Shown here one piece after another: positions 1-7,175 of a DNA stretch of 55,181 bases (the first letter of the stretch is position 1; every line of letters begins with the position of its first letter). The DNA lies in NCBI GenBank assembly GCA_041665405.1, contig JBAYIZ010000007.1, forward strand, positions 1-55,181, given 5' to 3'. The notes beneath the pieces were generated by a model. The model was not told the origin of the DNA. It was given only the letters and a program-made list of their open reading frames with translations, and made no database searches. The position numbers were made by a program, and so were the translations under genes. Origin of the DNA: Candidatus Magasanikiibacteriota bacterium. GTDB taxonomy: Bacteria > Patescibacteriota > Patescibacteriia > Magasanikbacterales > GWA2-37-8.

Positions 1-56
1 ATTCGCAAATTAATACATGCAGATCTGCTCGCAGCTCTGTGGAGAAAAGAAAAACT

Positions 57-137
57 GCCCAGGTGGTGTAATGGTAGCCACGCAGGACTTAAAATCCTGT
101 TCCTTCGGGAGTGCGGGTTCGAGTCCCGCCCTGGGCA
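57..137 (+). tRNA. tRNA-Leu (anticodon UAA)
   Basis: Acceptor GCCCAGG/CCTGGGC. Anticodon stem CAGGA/TCCTG with loop CTTAAAA gives UAA. Long variable arm TTCCTTCGGGAGT. T-arm GCGGG-TTCGAGT-CCCGC, discriminator A. Confidence 0.9.
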
Positions 138-169
138 CAAAAAAGAAGCCTTTTTTAAAGGCTTCTTTT

Positions 170-907
170 TTATTTTTTAGTTGAACTTTTTTCCCAGAGA
201 TAATTAAAATATTTTATTATCGATTCGGCGGCAGCACGACTGCTGATATTAAATACCAACGGTGGTTCATCTTCGGGTAACATGATAGACAACTCATCTT
301 CGCAAACATTAAACCACATAGGCATTTCCATCCCTTCTGGTAAATATCTGGCTCCAGACAGTGGCGAAGAATTTCTGAAATCTACAAATTTTTGGTCGAC
401 GGTTCTATCATAGAGACCTTTAAAATACATTCCTTTTTTTATTCTTTGTTTGTGAAATTGTTTCCAATGTTTATCAAGTTCTGGTTGTACATTGTATTTT
501 GACGCGCCCATAACATAAATGGTTTTACCAGATGGTGCATCAAGTTTTTTAAAAGTGGCTCGAACAATCCCATCCAGTCCTTCATAAACTCCGATTTCGC
601 GTGGTATTTGTTTTTGTTTTTCTTTTAATTCGTTAGCTATTTCTTTGGCTAATTTCTTTTTTTGTTCAGCTTCATCCACTAGATGTGCAGGGTCATTTGC
701 AACAAATAGAAACACTCCTTTATATTCAATTTTGCTCACCAAATCTCGCCCAACCAGCTCGTCTAAAGATAAATATACCACACTTCTAGGTAAGCCGGAT
801 TCCTTTACCACCTCTCCTGCCTTGGCTCTTCCCAATTCCATCAGGGCTAAATAAACGGTGGTTAAATTTTTGGAAAATCCAAATTTTTTCAGTTTTGATT
901 CTATCAT
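170..907 (-). CDS. TrmB-like winged-helix transcriptional regulator
   Basis: 245-aa ORF. The N-terminus (LTTVYLALMELGRAKAGEVVKESGLPRSVVYLSLDELVGRDLV) looks like the TrmB-family HTH, followed by a coiled-coil linker and a C-terminal domain. Confidence 0.65.
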   Translation of the reverse strand: MIESKLKKFGFSKNLTTVYLALMELGRAKAGEVVKESGLPRSVVYLSLDELVGRDLVSKIEYKGVFLFVANDPAHLVDEAEQKKKLAKEIANELKEKQKQIPREIGVYEGLDGIVRATFKKLDAPSGKTIYVMGASKYNVQPELDKHWKQFHKQRIKKGMYFKGLYDRTVDQKFVDFRNSSPLSGARYLPEGMEMPMWFNVCEDELSIMLPEDEPPLVFNISSRAAAESIIKYFNYLWEKSSTKK

Positions 908-934
908 ATTTGTCCATTATATTTGGACATATTA

Positions 935-963
935 AATATACCATAATTAGCTAAATTTGTCAA
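935..963 (-). promoter_or_regulatory. Sigma70-like promoter of the TrmB-like gene, followed by a 6-bp inverted repeat (911-929)
   Basis: Minus strand reads TTGACA (963..958), N17, TATATT (940..935). TGTCCA-N7-TGGACA at 911-929 lies between the -10 and the ATG and is a possible operator. Confidence 0.5.
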
Positions 964-1026
964 CATATTATAATTAATGTAATGAATAATTTGACAGTTA
1001 TTTGGCTAAAATAAGCAATTATACCC

Positions 1027-1055
1027 TTGACAAATCCATAAAGTTGTGATAATAT
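1027..1055 (+). promoter_or_regulatory. Sigma70-like promoter reading into GC-enriched island A
   Basis: TTGACA (1027-1032), N17, TAATAT (1050-1055). Divergent from the TrmB-like gene. Confidence 0.55.
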
Positions 1056-1167
1056 TAAATGTTTCATTATTGAAAAACAATGAAACAGCCCACAAAAGGA
1101 TAAATTATCCTGTTTCGATGAAAGTCGGGATGAAACGGGCTAACTCTTTCACAATTCTGAGGGCACC

Positions 1168-1530
1168 ATGGAACGCAAGGAATTTGAAGCGCGACTTTGT
1201 ACAATTCTTGGCCAGGACAGTTTGCCTGGTTGTATGAGTTGTTGTGTCCCATGCGAAATCTGGGAACCCATGTTTGGTCATGAGTACATTCTGGGAGGTT
1301 CCAAGTATGCGAAATGTCGATTGCAGACCTCTCGTAGTCCCACCAAACATCAGATGTCCGGGATCCTGTATCTGATCCATGATGTTGGTCTGGTTTGCGA
1401 GGAAGTTTTGTCTCCCAATGTCAATGGTGGAAAGGTCTTCTTGAGCAAAACTTGCCTCAGATGTATCAGTGGCACTGACTTCGTGGATGCTGTATTCGAG
1501 GCGATTGAGCGTAAGAAGGAGGTGCTGTGA
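1168..1530 (+). CDS. Hypothetical Cys-rich 120-aa protein (island A). Strand and coding status are uncertain.
   Basis: ATG is preceded by GAGGG. The promoter and terminator are on this strand, and codon position 1 is G-rich. However, a fully in-register antisense ORF (1105..1551, 148 aa, GTG start) is also open. Confidence 0.4.
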   Translation: MERKEFEARLCTILGQDSLPGCMSCCVPCEIWEPMFGHEYILGGSKYAKCRLQTSRSPTKHQMSGILYLIHDVGLVCEEVLSPNVNGGKVFLSKTCLRCISGTDFVDAVFEAIERKKEVL

Positions 1531-1634
1531 CTGAGTGTATTCGGGTCTCACTCACCCGCGTTGGTCGGCACGCAGTCCGACACTCATGCGTCTCCCGCTG
1601 GCACAATGCCAGCGGGATGTGGCATCGGCACTAA

Positions 1635-1700
1635 ACCATCGGCCTACTACATTAGAGTAAAAAATTTTTACTTTGATGTAGCCGATGGTTTTTTGTTTTT
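1635..1700 (+). terminator. Long imperfect hairpin plus T-run ending the island A transcript
   Basis: ACCATCGGC...GCCGATGGT arms followed by TTTTTTGTTTTT. Confidence 0.55.
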
Positions 1701-1773
1701 GTATTGTCTCAATGATAAAAAGATGATAGTATTTAATTTGTGAAATGATTATTAATTTGTTTAAAATAATTTT

Positions 1774-2643
1774 ATGCCAAAAGATAAATATACCGCCGTG
1801 TGGGTTTCACATACATCTATCTCCGATTGGCTCAAATGTCCGCGTGCTTATTATTTGAAAAATGTTTATCGTGATCCAGTGACTAAACACAAAATAAAGA
1901 TGATGTCACCGGCGCTGGCTTTGGGGCAGAGTGTGCATGAGGTGTTGGAATCATTATCTCAGTTGGCACGTGGTAGTCGATTTAGCGAACCATTACCAAC
2001 AAAATTTGAACGCGCTTGGGCAAAAGTAAAAGGTGAAAAAGGTGGTTTCACCAACGATGACACAGAATATGGATACAAAAAACGCGGATTGGAAATGTTG
2101 GCGCGTGTGTATAATCATCCTGGTCCGATAAATAATTTGTCGGTAAAAATTCAGATGGATTTGCCGTATTATTGGTTGAGTGAAGAAGATAATATTATTT
2201 TATGTGGCAAGGTGGATTGGTTGGAATATTTGCCAGACACGGATAGTGTACATATCATAGATTTTAAAACAGGAAAAATTCAAGAAGAAGAAAGTTCGTT
2301 GCAGTTGCCAATATATAGTTTGCTAGTTTCTAAATGCCAAAAAAGAAAAACCAGTAAGGCTAGTTATTGGTATTTGGCGGAAAATGATAATCTAACCGAA
2401 AAACAAATTCCTGATTTGGAAGAATCAGAAAAAAAGATTTTAGAAATTGCGCAAAAAATGAAAGTGGCGCGGCAAATAAATCGTTTCAAATGTCCAAATG
2501 GGGAAGAAGGGTGTTTCGCTTGTAAACCGTTTGAAGCTATATTAAAAAAAGAAGCGAAGTTGGTCGGGCAAGATGAATATGGAGCAGATGTGTATATAAT
2601 GGATAGGGCAGAGGAAGAAAATAGAGATGGGGAAATTTTGTAA
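1774..2643 (+). CDS. PD-(D/E)XK nuclease, Cas4/AddB-like, with a probable 4-Cys cluster
   Basis: 289 aa. GKVDWLEY...HIIDFKTGK (D...D/E-x-K) and LQLPIYSLL (QxxxY). One N-terminal Cys (WLKCPRAYY) plus C-terminal CPNGEEGCFACKP. Confidence 0.65.
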   Translation: MPKDKYTAVWVSHTSISDWLKCPRAYYLKNVYRDPVTKHKIKMMSPALALGQSVHEVLESLSQLARGSRFSEPLPTKFERAWAKVKGEKGGFTNDDTEYGYKKRGLEMLARVYNHPGPINNLSVKIQMDLPYYWLSEEDNIILCGKVDWLEYLPDTDSVHIIDFKTGKIQEEESSLQLPIYSLLVSKCQKRKTSKASYWYLAENDNLTEKQIPDLEESEKKILEIAQKMKVARQINRFKCPNGEEGCFACKPFEAILKKEAKLVGQDEYGADVYIMDRAEEENRDGEIL

Positions 2644-2645
2644 AC

Positions 2646-2712
2646 AAAAAAACCACTCGTTGCCAATAAGTTCAATGATTTAAACTCATTGGCATGGACG
2701 AGTGGTTTTTTT
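2646..2712. terminator. Bidirectional hairpin terminator
   Basis: AAAAAAACCACTCGT...ACGAGTGGTTTTTTT with inner TGCCAAT/ATTGGCA pairing. Flanked by an A-run and a T-run. Confidence 0.7.
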
Positions 2713-2766
2713 ATTCTCCTTCCAAGCCTGACCCCGACATAGTCGGGGTGTGCTGGGGGTGGGAGG

Positions 2767-3159
2767 CTACGGGCGCTTGTCGTCGACGGGATCATCGTCG
2801 CCATCATCGTCGTCGAGGGGGTCATTATCGTCATCCTCCTCGTCGTCGAATTCATCGACGTCGAACTCCTCCTCCTCATCCTCCTCGTCGTCTTGTTCTG
2901 TCGGACGCAACACGACGTGGCCGCGGTTCACTGCCAGCTTTCTAAGAGCGGCCCCAGCGACCAGTGGTCCGAACCCGAAGACGAGGAACACTGCCCCGCA
3001 GATCGCCATTTGATCCTGGTAATTGCGGAAGACGTCGACATCCTCCTCACCAACGACCCTCGTCAAGAGAACCACGAAGACGGTCGCACTGAGTGCAAGC
3101 ACCGCCGCTCCAATCCAGGACAGCACTCGACCGACGAGATGTATGGTCTTGGGCTTCAT
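2767..3159 (-). CDS. Hypothetical 2-TM membrane protein with a poly-acidic C-terminal tail (island B)
   Basis: 130 aa. Two hydrophobic helices, then TEQDDEEDEEEEFDVDEFDDEEDDDNDPLDDDDGDDDPVDD. G/C-ending codons. GC hairpin ACCCCGAC-ATA-GTCGGGGT (2731-2749) lies downstream. Confidence 0.6.
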   Translation of the reverse strand: MKPKTIHLVGRVLSWIGAAVLALSATVFVVLLTRVVGEEDVDVFRNYQDQMAICGAVFLVFGFGPLVAGAALRKLAVNRGHVVLRPTEQDDEEDEEEEFDVDEFDDEEDDDNDPLDDDDGDDDPVDDKRP

Positions 3160-3237
3160 TCAGCACCTGCCTTGATTCCAATTCAGAAAACTTTCCACGC
3201 TCATGCGCGGCCAGTCATTCCGAAGTTGATGTGACTT

Positions 3238-3267
3238 ATTCTAGCTAAATATTTAGCTCATTGTCAA
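3238..3267 (-). promoter_or_regulatory. Sigma70-like promoter for the island B gene, with a 16-bp perfect palindrome in the spacer
   Basis: Minus strand reads TTGACA (3267..3262), N18, TAGAAT (3243..3238). AGCTAAAT/ATTTAGCT at 3243-3258. Confidence 0.45.
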
Positions 3268-3397
3268 TTATTGTTGGAGAACGACCAATTCAACTGTGGA
3301 TAACTATTGATCAAATATCTCAAAAAATGTCATTTTTCCTTATATATTAGCCAAGAATCGGCAAAAAACTTGACAATTTCATCTTTGCTCGCTTCAT

Positions 3398-3426
3398 TTG
3401 ACAAAACTTCATTTTTGTATTATTAT
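3398..3426 (+). promoter_or_regulatory. Candidate rpoBC promoter, which would give a ~290-nt leader
   Basis: TTGACA (3398-3403), N17, TATTAT (3421-3426). Confidence 0.45.
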
Positions 3427-3720
3427 TTATCCGCTTTCGTGAGAAGGTCACGTACTTCAAAAAAACGCTTAACAAAGCAATAAAGTGGCATTTATCAGTT
3501 TGGTAAACCAGCTACTTGCAAGGTAATTCAATAAAATTTTTTTCATGCTAACCTTGCCGTTTTCCGCTAAAATATAACGAAAAAGCCATAAAAGCCTATT
3601 TTTTTGGCACTTTTTTTGTTTGTATTTTCAGATTCCCACTCCCCACTTTCGTGAGGACAAGCTTCGCGGGAATGACAATCATCAATTTTTTATAAAAAAT
3701 TTATTTAAAAACTTCACCTT

Positions 3721-6700
3721 ATGCCTGTATTCAAACGCCAAGCACTCAAGGAAAAAGATAGAAAGTTTTTTACAAAAGTAAAAAATACTATCCCATTGCC
3801 AAACCTTATTGAATTGCAATTGGATTCATATAATTGGTTTGTAAAAAATGGCATTAAAGAATTATTTGAAGAAGTTTCTCCAATTACCGATTTCTCTGGA
3901 AGAAATTTGGAGTTATATTTTGAAGACTATTATTTGGATGAACCTCGTTTTGATGAAGCGACTTGCAAAAAACGCAACGTTACTTTCGAGGCTCCACTTC
4001 GTATTACTGCGCGTTTGACCAATAAGGCAACCGGTACTACAAAATCTCAAGAAATTTATTTGGGCGATGTACCAATGATGACCAATCGTGGTACTTTCAT
4101 TGTGAACGGTATCGAACGGGTTATCGTTTCTCAGCTTATTCGTAGTGCTGGTGCTTTTTTTACTGCTCAGAGTGAACGCGGACGTCGCTATTATGGCGCC
4201 AAAGTTATTCCAAATCGTGGTGCTTGGCTTGAAATCGAAACTGATATTAACAATGCAATTTGGGTGAAGGTAGATCGCAAACGTAAAGTGGCCGTCACTT
4301 CTCTTTTGAAATCTTTTGGTTTTGATGATGAAGAAAAAATTCGCGCATATTTCAAAGATGTAAATAATCATCCTACTATCGACTATGTTGATGCCACACT
4401 GAAAAAAGATTTGGCAAAAAATATGGACGAAGGTTTGATTGAAGTTTATAAACGTATTCGTCCTGGTGATTTGGCAACTTCTGAAAATGCTAAAGGTTTA
4501 ATCCATTCCATGTTTTTCAATTTCGAGAGATATGATTTGGGTCGCGTGGGTGTTTATAAATTCAATACCAAATTTGATTTACCTTCCAAATCTGAAGATT
4601 ACGACAACAAAGAAAATCGCGTGTTGTCTACCGAAAAATTATTGGCAGTAATCAAAGAAGTGATTCGTTTGAATGTCACTCAGGAAGAACCAGATGATGT
4701 AGACCATCTTGGCAATCGCCGTATTCGCGCGGTAGGTGAACTTGTACAAAATCGTTTTCGTGTTGGTTTGGCTCGTATGGAACGTATTGTGAAGGATCGC
4801 ATGAGTACATATGATGTCGAACAACTGGTACCAAACAAAGTTATCAACGCTCGTCCAGTAATGAGTGCCATTCGTGAATTCTTTATGAGTTCACAGATGT
4901 CACAGTTTATGGATCAGCACAATCCATTGTCTGAGCTTGAGCACAAACGTCGTTTGTCCGCTCTTGGCCCAGGTGGTTTGTCTCGTGATCGCGCTAGTTT
5001 CGAAGTTCGCGATGTACACACTACTCACTATGGTCGCATCTGTCCGATTGCTACTCCGGAAGGTCCGAATATTGGTTTGGTAAATCACCTTTCCAGTTAT
5101 GCTCGTATCAATGAATTTGGTTTTATCGAAACTGCTTATCGCAAAGTTTTGCGTGAAGTAAAAAATGAAGTCTCTTTGACTGAAGGTGAAATTTTGCGCG
5201 GCGACGTCGGTAGTATAAAAGATGGTACAAAAATTACCAAAGAAATTGCTACTAAATTGGCCAAAGAAAAAGTAGCTGTAATAAAAGTGAAGCCACGTGT
5301 TACCAATGAGGTAATTTATTTGAGTGCTTTCAAGGAAGAAAAATATATTACTGCTTCTGCCAAAACCAAAACAGACGATGAAGGATATTTCCTCGAAGAT
5401 TATGTGCCAGCTCGTGTCAACTCCAAACCTGGTGTGGCCAAAACTATTGATTTAGAATTTATCGATGTTTCATCCGCACAAATTGTGAGTGTGGCTACTT
5501 CTTGTATTCCATTTTTGGAACATGATGATGCTACTCGCGCTTTGATGGGTACAAACATGCAGAGACAGGCTGTACCTTGTATTCGCCCAGAACCACCATT
5601 GGTTGGTACTGGTGTAGAACATGAAGCGGCTGTTTATTCTGGTCAGGTAGCTATCGCTGATGAAGATGGTGAAATCGTAGAATGTGATGGTGCACATGTG
5701 GTATTAAAAGGTAAGAAAGAAACTCATACATATAGTTTAAATAAATTTTTACGTGCCAACGCCGCCACTTGTATCAACCAACATCCGACAGTTGTTGTTG
5801 GACAAAAAGTAAAGAAGGGCGACTTCTTGAGTAATGGTCCAAGTATTGCAGAAGATGAATTGGCTCTTGGTCAAAATGTATTGGTAGCATATATGGCATG
5901 GGATGGTTTCAATTATGAAGATGCTATTATCGTGTCTGAACGAGTAGTACAAAAAGATCGTTATACTTCTATTCATATTGAGGACTATACAATCGATGTT
6001 CGCGAGACAAAACTTGGACCGGAAGTTGTCACTTCTGATATTCCAAATGTTTCTGAAGAAAAATTAAAAAATCTTGATTCCGAAGGCATTGTTCGCATTG
6101 GTGCCGAAGTAAAATCCGGCGACATTTTGGTAGGCAAAATTACTCCAAAAGGTGAAACAGAATTATCCGCAGAAGAAAGATTGTTACGTGCCATCTTTGG
6201 TGAAAAAGCTCGCGATGTTCGTGACTCTTCCTTATATCTGGAACATGGTGAACATGGAAAAGTTATCGGCATTCAGATTTTCTCTGAAGAAGCTGGTGAT
6301 AAATTGGAACCAGGTGTTATAAAACAAGTACAAATCACAGTGGCTGATATGCGCAAAATTCAGGTAGGTGACAAAATGGCTGGTCGCCATGGAAACAAAG
6401 GTGTTATTTCCAAAGTTGTTCCTTCTGAAGATTTACCATTCTTGGAAGACGGTACTCCTATTGATATTGTACTTTCACCATTGGGTGTTATTTCTCGTAT
6501 GAACTTGGGTCAGTTGCTCGAAACTCATTTGGGTCTAGCCGCCAACGCCCTTGGATATAAAGTGGCTACTCCAGTTTTGAACGGTGTGACTGAAGAACAA
6601 ATTTATGAAGAATTGAAAAAAGCTGGTCTGCCAGTTTCTGGTCAGGCTCAACTTTATGATGGTCGTACCGGTGAACCTTTTGATCACAAGACTACTATTG

Positions 6701-7164
6701 GCTACAACTACATGTTGAAATTGAACCACATGGTAGAAGACAAGATTCATCAACGTTCTATTGGTCCTTATAGTCTTATTACCCAACAGCCTTTGGGTGG
6801 TAAAGCTCAGTTTGGTGGCCAGAGATTTGGTGAAATGGAAGTCTGGGCACTGGAAGCTTATGGTGCCGCTCATACCTTGCAAGAAATTTTGACTATCAAA
6901 TCCGATGATGTCCCAGGTCGTTCAAAAGCCTATGAAGCCATTATTAAAGGTGAAGAAATTACTCGTGTAAATATTCCAGAATCCTTCAATGTATTGGTTC
7001 GTGAAATCAAAGGCCTTGGATTGGATGTAGAATTATTAAAACGTTCAGAATCCGGTGAGTATACAACTATAGAAGAAGTTACTGCTGAAGAAGATAAACA
7101 AAACAAGAAAAATGAAAACGCCCTTGATGACTTGAATAGTCAGCAGGATACTTCTAATAAATAA
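3721..7164 (+). CDS. rpoB: DNA-directed RNA polymerase beta subunit
   Basis: 1147 aa with conserved beta-subunit blocks (e.g. GDKMAGRHGNKGV, FGGQRFGEMEVWALEAYGAA). Confidence 0.97.
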   Translation: MPVFKRQALKEKDRKFFTKVKNTIPLPNLIELQLDSYNWFVKNGIKELFEEVSPITDFSGRNLELYFEDYYLDEPRFDEATCKKRNVTFEAPLRITARLTNKATGTTKSQEIYLGDVPMMTNRGTFIVNGIERVIVSQLIRSAGAFFTAQSERGRRYYGAKVIPNRGAWLEIETDINNAIWVKVDRKRKVAVTSLLKSFGFDDEEKIRAYFKDVNNHPTIDYVDATLKKDLAKNMDEGLIEVYKRIRPGDLATSENAKGLIHSMFFNFERYDLGRVGVYKFNTKFDLPSKSEDYDNKENRVLSTEKLLAVIKEVIRLNVTQEEPDDVDHLGNRRIRAVGELVQNRFRVGLARMERIVKDRMSTYDVEQLVPNKVINARPVMSAIREFFMSSQMSQFMDQHNPLSELEHKRRLSALGPGGLSRDRASFEVRDVHTTHYGRICPIATPEGPNIGLVNHLSSYARINEFGFIETAYRKVLREVKNEVSLTEGEILRGDVGSIKDGTKITKEIATKLAKEKVAVIKVKPRVTNEVIYLSAFKEEKYITASAKTKTDDEGYFLEDYVPARVNSKPGVAKTIDLEFIDVSSAQIVSVATSCIPFLEHDDATRALMGTNMQRQAVPCIRPEPPLVGTGVEHEAAVYSGQVAIADEDGEIVECDGAHVVLKGKKETHTYSLNKFLRANAATCINQHPTVVVGQKVKKGDFLSNGPSIAEDELALGQNVLVAYMAWDGFNYEDAIIVSERVVQKDRYTSIHIEDYTIDVRETKLGPEVVTSDIPNVSEEKLKNLDSEGIVRIGAEVKSGDILVGKITPKGETELSAEERLLRAIFGEKARDVRDSSLYLEHGEHGKVIGIQIFSEEAGDKLEPGVIKQVQITVADMRKIQVGDKMAGRHGNKGVISKVVPSEDLPFLEDGTPIDIVLSPLGVISRMNLGQLLETHLGLAANALGYKVATPVLNGVTEEQIYEELKKAGLPVSGQAQLYDGRTGEPFDHKTTIGYNYMLKLNHMVEDKIHQRSIGPYSLITQQPLGGKAQFGGQRFGEMEVWALEAYGAAHTLQEILTIKSDDVPGRSKAYEAIIKGEEITRVNIPESFNVLVREIKGLGLDVELLKRSESGEYTTIEEVTAEEDKQNKKNENALDDLNSQQDTSNK

Positions 7165-7175
7165 TTTTTTCTCCT

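Noticed and set aside
1105-1551. 148-aa minus-strand ORF in island A as the real gene.
   Set aside because: Not fully rejected. It has a GTG start with no clear promoter, while the + strand has a promoter, an SD and a terminator, and + codon position 1 is G-rich. It is kept as an alternative in the finding rather than listed as a feature.
2694-3013. Arg/Ser/His-rich + strand ORFs (2694..2945, 2750..3013) and the 171-aa minus ORF 2364..2879.
   Set aside because: They are mirror-image or frame-shifted readings of the GAC/GAG-rich acidic tail of the 2767..3159 gene. They have extreme low complexity and no signals.
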